Assembly: GCA_018657525.1 (NCBI GenBank)
Contig: JABHWZ010000009.1
Span: 2,855-66,854 of the forward strand
Direction of reading: 5' to 3'
From: an archaeon
GTDB lineage: Archaea > Nanobdellota > Nanobdellia > Pacearchaeales > GW2011-AR1
Length of the DNA: 64,000 nucleotides
Shown one piece after another: positions 25,413 through 35,202 of the stretch. A program made the position numbers and the translations under genes. The notes beneath the pieces were generated by a model. It saw only the letters and a program-made list of their open reading frames with translations. It was not told the origin of the DNA and did not search any database. Numbering within the stretch: position 1 is the first letter of the stretch; every line of letters starts with the position of its first letter.

Positions 25413-25485
25413 TGGCTCTGGTGAGAGTTTAACTCACGACCTCTGCCTCATGAGAGCAGCGCTCTAAACACTGAGCTACAGAGCC
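25413..25485 (-). tRNA. tRNA with CAT anticodon (elongator Met or Ile2) with atypical D and T loops
   Basis: Reverse complement GGCTCTG acceptor, anticodon loop CTCATGA, D-loop AGTGTTTA, T-loop TTAAACT. Confidence 0.75.
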
Positions 25486-25544
25486 AAACTTAAAAGAATA
25501 ATTTCATTTAAAAGGTTTTTTAAAGTTTAATTCTATCCAGGAAT

Positions 25545-25808
25545 ATGGTTTTAGGTGATGTAGCAAGCAATTTAACTCAAATTAATCAATCTACGGATTT
25601 TTTTACGGATCTAATTGTGGAAGTGGGTAAAATTGGTCTTTGGTTGCAAACTTTGGGAATTTTTGTTATTCTCTGGTTAGTCTTCCAAATTATTAATTTT
25701 TTATTGAATAGAAAAAGAACTAATTTAACTGATAGTTTTAAAGTAGAGATAAAACAAATAAATACTAAACTTAATCGGATTGAAAAATTGATAAAAAAGA
25801 AAATTTAA
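25545..25808 (+). CDS. small membrane protein
   Basis: One clear TM (IGLWLQTLGIFVILWLVFQIINFLL) and a coiled C-terminus. Confidence 0.5.
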   Translation: MVLGDVASNLTQINQSTDFFTDLIVEVGKIGLWLQTLGIFVILWLVFQIINFLLNRKRTNLTDSFKVEIKQINTKLNRIEKLIKKKI

Positions 25809-26018
25809 TTATTTTTTGTCTTGAATTTTTAGTGCTTGTTGTCTTTCTTGTTGTTTGACTTTTACTGCTAATCCAGCTATTTGATTTCTAATTTTTTTAC
25901 TGGGCATGGTATTTCCAAGAGTTTTTTTATTTTTTTCAAAATCTTCTGTGAATTCTATTCCATTTTCTATTAAACCTTTCAAGGTTCTTCTTACTAATTT
26001 AGATTTTATTTTTCCCAT
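25809..26018 (-). CDS. rps17e: 30S ribosomal protein S17e
   Basis: MGKIKSKLVRRTLKGLIE...F..DFE.NKK is the typical eS17 N-terminus. Confidence 0.8.
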   Translation of the reverse strand: MGKIKSKLVRRTLKGLIENGIEFTEDFEKNKKTLGNTMPSKKIRNQIAGLAVKVKQQERQQALKIQDKK

Positions 26019-26052
26019 ATTAAATTGTGTTCGGTTCTGTTTTTAAAGGTTA

Positions 26053-27096
26053 CTATTCAAAAATTTCTATCTTTTGAAGGCTTTTTGCCGCGTTAATGAA
26101 TTCTGTTAATTTTTTTGTTTGATGTCCTTTTGTGAGAATTGCATATGGTAAGCTGAGTTCTGCACTTTTTTTATGTGCGTCGATTATGTCTATTTCATTA
26201 ACTCTTTTTTTGTTATATGCAACTAAGATTTTTTCATTTTCATTTGTTTTGACATGTAAAATTATTTGTTGGTGATTAAAAGAGATTATATCAAGAAGTT
26301 CTGTATTGTTTTCAGAAAGGAAGTGTTTTATTTTTTCAAAAAACTTTTGGTTTTGTTTTGTTGAAGTTTTTTTCTTTTTTACAGTTGTTTTTTTTATATA
26401 TTTTTTTTTGTCGAAAATATTTAAATTTTTTGCTGATGCAGATTTTTCTGTAAGAGATTCTTGCGTAGTTATTTCTTGAGAAATTTTGATTTCTTTGGGT
26501 ATTTTATGTGATTCAATATTTTCTTCTTGGGATGAACTTTGATTTGCTGGTTTTTCAGGAGGAATTTCTGAGATTTTTTTTGTTTGTATTTGGTTATCAG
26601 GTTTTTCTTTTTCTTGAGGGAGATTTTGCGGTTTTTCTTTTTGTGTTGGGTGACTGATGTTTTCTTTTTTTTCTTGGATAGATTCTGCTTCAGTGTTTGT
26701 AAAATATCTCCACATTACTCTTCCTTCTTTTTGAAATGCAACTGCAAAATCTTTTATAGCTCGTAATGCTACGCGAATTGCTGGTTCTTGTTTTTGATCT
26801 TCTAAAATTTGTTTTTCTTTTAACAGTAGGAATGCATCTTTCTCTCTTGATTTTAAATGCTGTGAATATTTTTCTAATTGGGGTTCTTGTCCAGCTAAAA
26901 GGTATATTGGCGAATTACCAACTTTCATGTGGCTCATCTTTATCTGTTTATTTGAGAGGAGTTCTCCGAGAAATGCTGAGGCAAAAAGGGTATTGACTCC
27001 AATTTCTTTTGAGATATGGATTGGCAAACTAGGACCATTTGTTTTTAATGTTTGAATTATTTTCTCTTTTGGTTGATTTGTATTTTGAATAGGCAT
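26053..27096 (-). CDS. hypothetical protein with N-terminal winged-helix-like domain and low-complexity Gln/Lys/Glu linker
   Basis: IIQTLKTNGPSLPIHISKEIGVNTLFASAFLGELLSNKQIKMSHMKVGNSPIYLL looks like a wHTH; the C-terminal ~90 aa are compact and globular; family not recognised. Confidence 0.55.
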   Translation of the reverse strand: MPIQNTNQPKEKIIQTLKTNGPSLPIHISKEIGVNTLFASAFLGELLSNKQIKMSHMKVGNSPIYLLAGQEPQLEKYSQHLKSREKDAFLLLKEKQILEDQKQEPAIRVALRAIKDFAVAFQKEGRVMWRYFTNTEAESIQEKKENISHPTQKEKPQNLPQEKEKPDNQIQTKKISEIPPEKPANQSSSQEENIESHKIPKEIKISQEITTQESLTEKSASAKNLNIFDKKKYIKKTTVKKKKTSTKQNQKFFEKIKHFLSENNTELLDIISFNHQQIILHVKTNENEKILVAYNKKRVNEIDIIDAHKKSAELSLPYAILTKGHQTKKLTEFINAAKSLQKIEIFE

Positions 27097-27130
27097 GATT
27101 AAGAAAAAGATAAAGGAGTTATAAATATTG

Positions 27131-27868
27131 TTATGTTTTGGCTATGTTCCATAAAACTTGATGATATGCTTTAAATGAATCTGCTATTTTTTTATTTTTT
27201 ATCATAAATACAAAAGGTTTTTCTTCCCACAAGAAAATATAAACGTAATCTTCAAAAATATCCATCGCAGCTGGACTTATGTATCCTCTTGGCATGTAAC
27301 GGACTTCTGTAAATTTTTCCTTTTCTCTATCTTTCCCGAGTGTTTGTTTAGTTGATTTTTCAAGTAATACTTTTAATTTTTGTTTTTTAGTGGAGGATTT
27401 TAAATTTGTATTAATTAAAAAAGTTCTTAGCGATTCTATTGCATAAATTCCTTCAGGGAATCCAGTAATTTTTATTTCCCCCTTTTCTGGACAATCCTCA
27501 ATTATTTTACTGAATGCTGTTTTAAATCCTTCAAAACCTTCATAGACTGCCATCGTTGTTTCAGAATCTTGTTTTTTTAATTCTGATAAATCCCCAATTA
27601 TTTTTTCTATTTGTCTTTTTCTTTCTTCTTCTTTATTAAGTAAGATTTCGGGATTAGATGAGGAAAAATGTTTGCCATCTTTTTGGATGTTATATGAAAC
27701 AAATCCTTTTGAGATTAATGAATTTAAATCTTCATAAACTCTTGAATTTGCTATTTTAGTTCCTTTAATGATGGGTCCGGTTGTAGATTCTGGATGTTTT
27801 AATAAAAATAAATATATTTTGATTTGATTTTCTGTGAGTCCTAATTCTTTTAGTATTTTAGTCTCCAT
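27131..27868 (-). CDS. TrmB-family transcriptional regulator
   Basis: LGLTENQIKIYLFLLKHPESTTGPIIKGTKIANSRVYEDLNSLISKGFVSY. Confidence 0.75.
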   Translation of the reverse strand: METKILKELGLTENQIKIYLFLLKHPESTTGPIIKGTKIANSRVYEDLNSLISKGFVSYNIQKDGKHFSSSNPEILLNKEEERKRQIEKIIGDLSELKKQDSETTMAVYEGFEGFKTAFSKIIEDCPEKGEIKITGFPEGIYAIESLRTFLINTNLKSSTKKQKLKVLLEKSTKQTLGKDREKEKFTEVRYMPRGYISPAAMDIFEDYVYIFLWEEKPFVFMIKNKKIADSFKAYHQVLWNIAKT

Positions 27869-27953
27869 GTTGTAATAATGTACTTTTGTATTATAAATCT
27901 TTCTCCTTTATGGGAGAAAGATAGTTTAAAAGGAAAATTAAGAGAAACATCTT

Positions 27954-28301
27954 ATGGGAAATATTTTAGAAAAATTGTTTGGAAAGAGACTTTTTTTTAG
28001 TAGTCGGAACAGGCAATTGAAAGAGCAAGGATTTCGTTTTTATAAGGAGGGAAAATTAATTTTAACTTCAGGAAACTTTGTTGAGGGGGAATGGAATCAA
28101 GATGCGGTATCAAAGATTGGAACAGATCTCCCTGTCTTATTAAATGTTCCTTGGCAAGGAAGTTGCTCGAATGCGAATATAGAAGATGTTGTCATATGTT
28201 TTGGAAAATTGAAACGAATTCAAGATGAGGTATCAGACGAACATCCTGAGATTAAGAAATATGAAAGGGAGTATGTGGTCTATTGGAGGGATGGAAGTTA
28301 A
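27954..28301 (+). CDS. hypothetical protein
   Basis: ATG ORF with no recognised motif. Confidence 0.45.
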   Translation: MGNILEKLFGKRLFFSSRNRQLKEQGFRFYKEGKLILTSGNFVEGEWNQDAVSKIGTDLPVLLNVPWQGSCSNANIEDVVICFGKLKRIQDEVSDEHPEIKKYEREYVVYWRDGS

Positions 28302-28302
28302 A

Positions 28303-28755
28303 ATGGCATTGATTATAAGTTTAGAAGATAGCGAAGAAGGATTAATAGGAATAGCTCGGGATGGAAAAAGAGTTCATTTGGGGGTCCCATTCTCTTATTC
28401 CACTACTCGTAATTTAAAAACTTTAGATTATTCCGTTTCCTTGAGAAGAGGAAGAGAAGAAGCAATTAAATTTGAAGAACATTTAGATTCAGTTTCTGGA
28501 GGATATATTTATTTTAATAAAGATGATGTTAAATGTGTTTGTTATCACCAGGAGGATATTCCTTTAAGACGTTGGTTTTTAGATAAAAAATTTCTTAGAA
28601 ATATTAGTGTTCATTTCACATATCTTCAATTTGAAGGTAAAAAAGAAGAAGCATTTCAAGATTCTTCTCGAGATGTTTATTACGAAAAGATTAACTTTAA
28701 TGAAAGGAGAATTAAGATCCATAGAGTTGAGAGGAAAGATGATGAAACAATCTAA
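28303..28755 (+). CDS. hypothetical protein
   Basis: Start moved to ATG 28303, directly after the preceding stop. Confidence 0.45.
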   Translation: MALIISLEDSEEGLIGIARDGKRVHLGVPFSYSTTRNLKTLDYSVSLRRGREEAIKFEEHLDSVSGGYIYFNKDDVKCVCYHQEDIPLRRWFLDKKFLRNISVHFTYLQFEGKKEEAFQDSSRDVYYEKINFNERRIKIHRVERKDDETI

Positions 28756-28990
28756 TCTTTCGCAAATATTATTTCACGGAGTTTTTTTAGCCGCTTGGTT
28801 TAGGGTTATTATTTATGGGGGAGATAAATGAGTTTGAAATGTTTTCTTGTCCGGAGAGGTATCTTGTAGGTTATTCTTTATTTGATTTAAATTGCGATGG
28901 TTTTATAGACTCTAAAGAAATTAAGAAAATGCCCTTTGAAACTTTTATCCCCTCCGCTCTTAGTTTTAATAGAAATCATAGAAATTATTG

Positions 28991-29512
28991 TTATGTCTTA
29001 ATCCAATCGACTTCATAGTAACTTACTTTTCCTTCGTGATCTACTATTGCAATGAGAAGTTTCTTTTTTGTGGAATGTGCAACTCTATTTTTTGCAGTGA
29101 ATTCGTGCCAAGTTAATTTTCCTGTTTCTGAATCCACAAAGACAATCCATTTGGCGTGAGATTGTCCTGGTTTTTTTCCTTTACCATAAACTCTAAAATC
29201 TGCTCCAAATTTTAATGCGGTTTTTACAATGTGCCCTTTTTCTCGTAGATCTTCAAAGACTTCGTATTTTAGATTAAATCTTTTATCTATTTTTTGCAAT
29301 TTTTTTTGCAATTCTTGTTCACTTAGTTGTTTGTTTTGTTGTAAAACTTCCAGTTTATTTTGATTGACTAAGAAGAGAGTTTCAACTAGGGAATATTGGA
29401 TTTTGTCTCTTACTCTTTCTCCAAATCTCGATTTGTCGTGCAATTGATATGCCAATGAATCGTTGGTTGATATAATGTGCCCTACAATGTGTGCTTGAAT
29501 TTTGTTTGTCAT
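28991..29512 (-). CDS. endA: tRNA-splicing endonuclease
   Basis: KGHIVKTALKFGADFRVYGKG....SHAKWIVFV matches the catalytic C-terminal domain pattern. Confidence 0.8.
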   Translation of the reverse strand: MTNKIQAHIVGHIISTNDSLAYQLHDKSRFGERVRDKIQYSLVETLFLVNQNKLEVLQQNKQLSEQELQKKLQKIDKRFNLKYEVFEDLREKGHIVKTALKFGADFRVYGKGKKPGQSHAKWIVFVDSETGKLTWHEFTAKNRVAHSTKKKLLIAIVDHEGKVSYYEVDWIKT

Positions 29513-29646
29513 GGTTATTTTAGTTTATAGTAATATTTAAAAATATGCTTTTTCTTTTATTTTTATGATAGTTAATAATAAATTACTTAATGTAGAATTA
29601 TTATTAGCTGGACTTCTCTTACTCTTATAAAAGAGTCATTTTGAAA

Positions 29647-29847
29647 ATGGCGAATACATCAATATCTTATACTGAAATAGGAATGCGTTGTGAATTTAAG
29701 GGCAGTGCAACTATACATACTAATGATCCTAAAAGACTTTTAGATTTATTGGATTTAATTCCAGAAAAAAAAACTTTAAAGATAGAATTTTTAGATTATA
29801 AGCGTGGAGAGAATTTTGTTTCTGTTTGGAGAAATTATCAAAAATAA
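29647..29847 (+). CDS. hypothetical protein
   Basis: Short ORF with an ATG at 29647. Confidence 0.35.
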   Translation: MANTSISYTEIGMRCEFKGSATIHTNDPKRLLDLLDLIPEKKTLKIEFLDYKRGENFVSVWRNYQK

Positions 29848-29874
29848 TATAAACTTGATTTTGTATAAAATAAA

Positions 29875-32544
29875 ATGGTAGAAATTAATTTTGCAAAGAT
29901 AGAAAAGAAATGGCAGAAAAAGTGGGAACAGAGAAAGATTTTTGAGGTAAATAGGGAAGAGGGGAAAAAGAAATTTTTTATGATTTTTGCATATCCCGGT
30001 ATTTCTGGATATCAGCACGTTGGGCATATGCGAGGATATTCCTATACAGACATTGTTTGTAGATATAAACGGATGAGTGGGTTCAATATAATGTTTCCTG
30101 CTGGAACACATGCATCTGGAAATCAAGCAATTGCTTTTGCCAATAAAGTTAAACATGGAGATAAAACTTGGATTGAATATTTGAGAATGAATGGATGTTC
30201 AGACAAAATTATTAAAACTTTAATTACGCCGGAAAAAATTGTTAAATATTTTAATAAAGTTTATGGGGATTTTTGGAAAAGATTCGGATTTTCATATGAT
30301 GAAAGAAGATTCACTTCAACTATTTATCCAGATTATCAAAAGTTTATTCAATGGCAATTTAAAAAGTTGAAGGATAATAATTTACTTGTGCAAAAACCGT
30401 ATTTTGCAACTGCTTGTCCAAATTGTGGTCCGGTTGCGGTAGATGCTTCTGAGACAGATATTTCTCAAGGAGGAAATGCAGAAAAGCAAGATTTTATCTG
30501 GATAAAATTCAAAGTTAAAGATTCAGATTTGATTTTGATGGCTGGAACAACAAGACCTGATGCTCTTTATGGGCAGACTCATCTTTGGATTGATCCTAAA
30601 GGAAAATATGTTGTAGTGCAAGTCGGTGGTGAAAAATGGGTGGTTGGGAAGGAGGTGGTCGAGAAAATTAAATATCAGTATAAGGATTATAAAATAATTA
30701 GGGATATTAATCCTAAAGAATTAATGGGGCAATGGGCTCGAGGTCCGTTGGTGGATTATGATACTTATATTGTGCCTGCCTGGTTCATTGATTCTGGTGT
30801 TGGTTCTGGGATTGTTTATTCTGCATTGGAAGATCCGGTTGATTTATTTGAATTAAAAAAAATACATTCAAATATGAAAATGTTAGATAGGTTTGCTTTA
30901 GATAAAAAAGTTATCGCTAAATTAAAACCAATTCCTATAATTTCTGTTTCTGGAATGGGGGATAATCTGGGGGAAGATATTGGAAAAGAATTTGGTATTA
31001 AATCTCCTGATGAAAAAGAGAAAGTTGAATTAGCAAAAGGAGAATTGAATAAACGAGTTTTTAGGAAAGGAGTCATGAAGCAAAACTGTGGGGCATGTGC
31101 TGGAATGAGTGTTCCTGATTGCCAAGAATATTTGAAAGAACATTTAGTTAAGGATAGGGAGGCAGTTATGTTTTATGAATTAAGTGAAGAAGTTATTTGT
31201 AGATGTAAAGAGAAAGTTGTTATTAAGAGAATTGATGATCAGTGGTTTATTAAATATTCAGATAAAAAATTAACTGAAGAAAGCAAAAAGCATACAGATA
31301 CTATGTCAATTTTTCCTAAACAATATAAGAAGAATATTTCTGGAGTTTTAGATTGGTTCCAAGATAGGGCTTGTGCAAGATTAGGAAATTGGATTGGAAC
31401 AAAATTAGAATTTGATAAAAAATGGACTGTCGAACCAATTTCAGATTCAACTCTTTACCCAATATATTATCTTGTTTCATTATATTATAATCAAGGTAAG
31501 ATTAAGTTGGAGGAAATGGATGAGTCTTTTTTTGATTATGTTTATCTTGGGAAGGGAAAGGCTAAAAATAAAACTTGGGATGAGATAAAAAAGGAGGTTG
31601 AATATTGGTATCCATTGGATGTTAATCTTGGAGGGAAAGAACATCAGACTGTTCATTTTCCGGTGTTTGTTATGAATCATGTGGGGATTTTACCGAAGAG
31701 AATGTGGCCGAAAGGAATTTTTGTGAATTATTGGGTTCTTGGAAAAGGTTCTAAAATTTCTAAATCAAAAGGGGGAGCTCAACCTATTCCTGAAGCAATT
31801 AAGAATTTTGGGGTAGATGCGATGCGTCTTTATTATTCTCATATTGCGAGTCCAGAGGTGGATGTTATTTGGGATGAAAAAATTGTAGCAGATTATAAAA
31901 AAAATTTAGAAAAAATTTATAATTTAATTATGAAAGCTTCTGAAAAAAAAGGAAAGGGAAAGAGTAAGAAGGAAGATCTACTTCTTTTTGAATTAAATAA
32001 GGAATTGAAAGTTATTGGAGAATCAATTTCTAGTTTTGATTTAAGAACTGCTGCTAATTCTGCATTTTTTTTATTGTTTGGAAAGTTGAAAAAATATTTG
32101 CAAAGCGGAGGAGAAAATCATGAAATAATCAAAGAATTTTTATCTTCTTGGCTTCGGGTTATGGCGCCTTTTTGTCCGCATATAATTGAAGAATTATGGG
32201 AGAAAATTGGTAATAAAGATTTTGTTTCAATTTCAGAGTGGCCCAAATTTGATGATAAAAAAATTAATAAAAATTTCGGTAAGAAAGAAAATTTATCTGA
32301 TAAATTAGTTGAAGATGTTCTGATGGTAGTTAATTTGGTTAAAGAAAAAGGGCAAAAAGTTAGTAAAATATATGTTTATGTAATGCCTCAAGAAAAAAAT
32401 AATTTTATTAAAAGTTTAGAAGTAATTAAAAAAAGAGTGGGAATTGATCTTGATATTTTTGCAGTTAATGATCAGAAAAAATATGATCCAGAAAATAAAT
32501 CTAAAAATGCGAAGCCAGGTAAGCCAGGCATTTATTTAGAGTAA
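29875..32544 (+). CDS. leuS: leucyl-tRNA synthetase (archaeal type)
   Basis: HVGHMRGY (HIGH) and KISKSKG (KMSKS) motifs, 889 aa. Confidence 0.9.
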   Translation: MVEINFAKIEKKWQKKWEQRKIFEVNREEGKKKFFMIFAYPGISGYQHVGHMRGYSYTDIVCRYKRMSGFNIMFPAGTHASGNQAIAFANKVKHGDKTWIEYLRMNGCSDKIIKTLITPEKIVKYFNKVYGDFWKRFGFSYDERRFTSTIYPDYQKFIQWQFKKLKDNNLLVQKPYFATACPNCGPVAVDASETDISQGGNAEKQDFIWIKFKVKDSDLILMAGTTRPDALYGQTHLWIDPKGKYVVVQVGGEKWVVGKEVVEKIKYQYKDYKIIRDINPKELMGQWARGPLVDYDTYIVPAWFIDSGVGSGIVYSALEDPVDLFELKKIHSNMKMLDRFALDKKVIAKLKPIPIISVSGMGDNLGEDIGKEFGIKSPDEKEKVELAKGELNKRVFRKGVMKQNCGACAGMSVPDCQEYLKEHLVKDREAVMFYELSEEVICRCKEKVVIKRIDDQWFIKYSDKKLTEESKKHTDTMSIFPKQYKKNISGVLDWFQDRACARLGNWIGTKLEFDKKWTVEPISDSTLYPIYYLVSLYYNQGKIKLEEMDESFFDYVYLGKGKAKNKTWDEIKKEVEYWYPLDVNLGGKEHQTVHFPVFVMNHVGILPKRMWPKGIFVNYWVLGKGSKISKSKGGAQPIPEAIKNFGVDAMRLYYSHIASPEVDVIWDEKIVADYKKNLEKIYNLIMKASEKKGKGKSKKEDLLLFELNKELKVIGESISSFDLRTAANSAFFLLFGKLKKYLQSGGENHEIIKEFLSSWLRVMAPFCPHIIEELWEKIGNKDFVSISEWPKFDDKKINKNFGKKENLSDKLVEDVLMVVNLVKEKGQKVSKIYVYVMPQEKNNFIKSLEVIKKRVGIDLDIFAVNDQKKYDPENKSKNAKPGKPGIYLE

Positions 32545-32654
32545 GATTTAAATAGTTTTAAGATTTTATTTTAAAGTGACCTAAAACGAAAGATAAATTA
32601 TTTTCAAATTACGATTTTACACATTATAAATTTCCAACTTCTGTGTATAATGTG

Positions 32655-32957
32655 ATGCAAATATTAGAGATTGGAGAACATCGTTGGTTTTTTGGAGAGA
32701 GGGTGCATCATCAAGTTTCTTTAGAGGAAGCTGCTATTGATTGGGTGATTCATCAGGATGTGGATGGTTTAACTGAAGCTGAAAAGGTTCATAAAAGATT
32801 TATGGGTAATTTTTATGAAATTGAAGGGTATTGTCAAGTTCATTGTGGGGGGTTTGAACGTTGCAAGGGTTGTAAAAATTGTCCTTTAGATCTTGAGACG
32901 GTTCATAGGTTGTTGCATGATGATCCAAAAGAAATAGAAAATAAAAAAATTAATTAA
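32655..32957 (+). CDS. hypothetical Cys/His-rich protein
   Basis: CQVHCGGFERCKGCKNC cluster; family not recognised. Confidence 0.45.
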   Translation: MQILEIGEHRWFFGERVHHQVSLEEAAIDWVIHQDVDGLTEAEKVHKRFMGNFYEIEGYCQVHCGGFERCKGCKNCPLDLETVHRLLHDDPKEIENKKIN

Positions 32958-32958
32958 C

Positions 32959-33096
32959 TTATTCTCTTTTCATTATTGTGTGCCCGCATTCAGAGCATTT
33001 CCATTTTTCGAAAACATCTTCTTTGTACGAAAAAGGTAATAAGTACCCTTTATCACATTTAGGACATTTTGGAAAAATACAGTTATCTTCGGTCAT
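32959..33096 (-). CDS. small zinc-ribbon protein (45 aa)
   Basis: MTEDNCIFPKCPKCDKG...CSECGH; ggagga RBS 8 nt upstream; below the track cutoff. Confidence 0.5.
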   Translation of the reverse strand: MTEDNCIFPKCPKCDKGYLLPFSYKEDVFEKWKCSECGHTIMKRE

Positions 33097-33117
33097 TTTA
33101 TTTTCCTCCATTGTTAT

Positions 33118-34860
33118 TTATTTTAAAATTGCTTTGATTCTTCTAACGCCCGCACTTGAAGATTCTTCTTTTTTGATTTTGAAAGTTTCTAATTCCGATG
33201 TGTTTTTTGCGTGAGGTCCGGCACATATTTCTTTTGAGAAATTTCCTATTGAATATACTTTAACTTTTTCTTTGTATTTGTCGTCGAAGATTCCTTGAGC
33301 TCCAGATTTTTGAGCTTTATCTAATGGCATCTCTTCCATTTCTATTGGGATTTTTTCTTGGATTTTTTTGTTTACTAAATCTTCTATTTTTTGTTTTTCT
33401 TCATCTGTTAGTTTTCTATCAAAATTAAAATCAAATCGTAGCCTTTCGGGGGTTATATTCGAGCCCTTTTGGTGGATGTCTGGGTTTTTGAGGATTACTC
33501 GTAGGGCTTCATTCAACATATGACAGGCGGTATGGAGCTTTTTTGTCTGTTCTGAATTGTCTGCTAAACCAGATTTAAATTTTCCTGCTGAAGCTGTCCT
33601 TGAAAGTTCTTCATGGCTTTTACATTCTTTTTTGAATCCTGTTTCGTCAACTTTTATTTTTTGTTCTTTTGCTAATTCAATAGTCATTTCAATGGGGAAC
33701 CCGTAGGATTGATAGAGTAAAAAAGCATCTTTACAACTTATCTCTTTTTTATTTTTAGTTATTTTTTCAAAAATTTTAAGTCCTTTTTCTAAAGTTTTTT
33801 CGAATTTGTCTTCTTCTTGTTTGAGTTCTTTTAATATTTGTTTTTTATTTTTTTCTAAGTGTTTATAATCGTTGTAAATTTTAAAAATTGGTTTTGCTAT
33901 TTTTGAGATTGATTCTTTTATTTCTAATTCTTTTTTGAATTTGATTGCTCTTCGAATTAATCTTCTAACAACATATCCTTGTTCTGAATTTCCTGGAATT
34001 ATTCCATCTGCGATAATGAATGTTGCTGCTTTGATATGGTCTGCGATAATTCGCATCTCTTTTTTGTAATCTTCGTATTTTTTATTGGATAGTTGTTCTA
34101 TTTTTTGGATTATTTGTTTGAAAGCTTCAGTCATATAATTATCATTATGGCCCTCTAAGATTGCCAACATTCTTTCAAAACCTCCTCCATAATCCACATT
34201 TTTTTGTTTTAGTGGAAGAAGATTTCCTTTTGAATCCTTGTTGTATTCCATAAATACATTATTTCCTAACTCCATCCAATTTTCGTTTTTATAATCAAAA
34301 GTTTTTGGAACGGGTTTTTCTGAAATCCAATAAAATATTTCTGAATCTGGACCACAAGGACCTGTTTTTCCTGCGGGGCCCCACCAGTTTTCATTTTTAT
34401 CTAAAATTGCTATTCTTTCTTCAGGTAGTCCTAATTCGAGTAGAATACTATATGATTCTTTATCTTTCGGAGAGGTGGAATTTCCTTCAAATATACTTGC
34501 CGCCAATTTATTCAAGGGAATTTTTAGAGATGCTGTTAAAAATTCAAAAGTGTATTTTATTGCATCTGTTTTCCCATAATCTCCTATGCTCCAGTTTCCC
34601 ATTTGTTCAAAAAATGTGTGATGTTTTATATCTCCAACTTCTCCAATATCTACTGTTCTGATGCATCTTTGAATATTTACTAGTCTTTTTCCTTGAGGGT
34701 GTTTTTCTCCGAGGAGGAATGGAACTAATGGATGCATTCCAGCGGTTGTAAAAAGAACTGTTGGGTCGTTTTCTGGAATTAGACTTGCATTTTGAATTTC
34801 TTTGTGGTCTTTTGATTTGAAGAATTCAATGTATTTTTTGATTAATTGTTTTCGGTTCAT
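33118..34860 (-). CDS. alaS: alanyl-tRNA synthetase, compact bacterial-like form lacking the C-Ala domain
   Basis: FTTAGMHPLVPF, HHTFFEQMGNWSIGDY, editing-domain HTACHML and CAGPH; ends right after the editing domain at 580 aa. Confidence 0.85.
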   Translation of the reverse strand: MNRKQLIKKYIEFFKSKDHKEIQNASLIPENDPTVLFTTAGMHPLVPFLLGEKHPQGKRLVNIQRCIRTVDIGEVGDIKHHTFFEQMGNWSIGDYGKTDAIKYTFEFLTASLKIPLNKLAASIFEGNSTSPKDKESYSILLELGLPEERIAILDKNENWWGPAGKTGPCGPDSEIFYWISEKPVPKTFDYKNENWMELGNNVFMEYNKDSKGNLLPLKQKNVDYGGGFERMLAILEGHNDNYMTEAFKQIIQKIEQLSNKKYEDYKKEMRIIADHIKAATFIIADGIIPGNSEQGYVVRRLIRRAIKFKKELEIKESISKIAKPIFKIYNDYKHLEKNKKQILKELKQEEDKFEKTLEKGLKIFEKITKNKKEISCKDAFLLYQSYGFPIEMTIELAKEQKIKVDETGFKKECKSHEELSRTASAGKFKSGLADNSEQTKKLHTACHMLNEALRVILKNPDIHQKGSNITPERLRFDFNFDRKLTDEEKQKIEDLVNKKIQEKIPIEMEEMPLDKAQKSGAQGIFDDKYKEKVKVYSIGNFSKEICAGPHAKNTSELETFKIKKEESSSAGVRRIKAILK

Positions 34861-34942
34861 GAAATTATAGACGAAAGTGGAGTTTTAAAATTATTTGGTT
34901 TATGAGTTTTTTCTAAAACAAAATGTTTATAAGAGATCATTT

Positions 34943-35200
34943 ATGTCTGTTTTTATGGCATGGAAAATATCCTTACAAGAATTGGCTAAGAAACGAGTTA
35001 AAATAAATAATCTTGATAGAATGCCCGATCTTGAATCTAATGTTCTGGAATTACGTATTGCTGCGATCAGTGATGATTTTCGTTTAGCGAGTTATTATAT
35101 TTGGAATAAACAAAAGGAAGAAGTCGTTGGAAGATTGGTGCCCAACATTAACTGGAAGTTGGATGAATACCTAGGACATGATTATACGATTTCTGAATAA
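34943..35200 (+). CDS. hypothetical protein
   Basis: ORF only; start uncertain. Confidence 0.35.
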   Translation: MSVFMAWKISLQELAKKRVKINNLDRMPDLESNVLELRIAAISDDFRLASYYIWNKQKEEVVGRLVPNINWKLDEYLGHDYTISE

Positions 35201-35202
35201 TT

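Noticed and set aside
28884-28919. EF-hand-like loop DLNCDGFIDSKE in the 67-aa ORF 28815-29018
   Set aside because: It is a single 12-residue match in a short unsupported ORF that overlaps the 3' end of endA. There is no paired EF-hand and no flanking helices I could be confident of.
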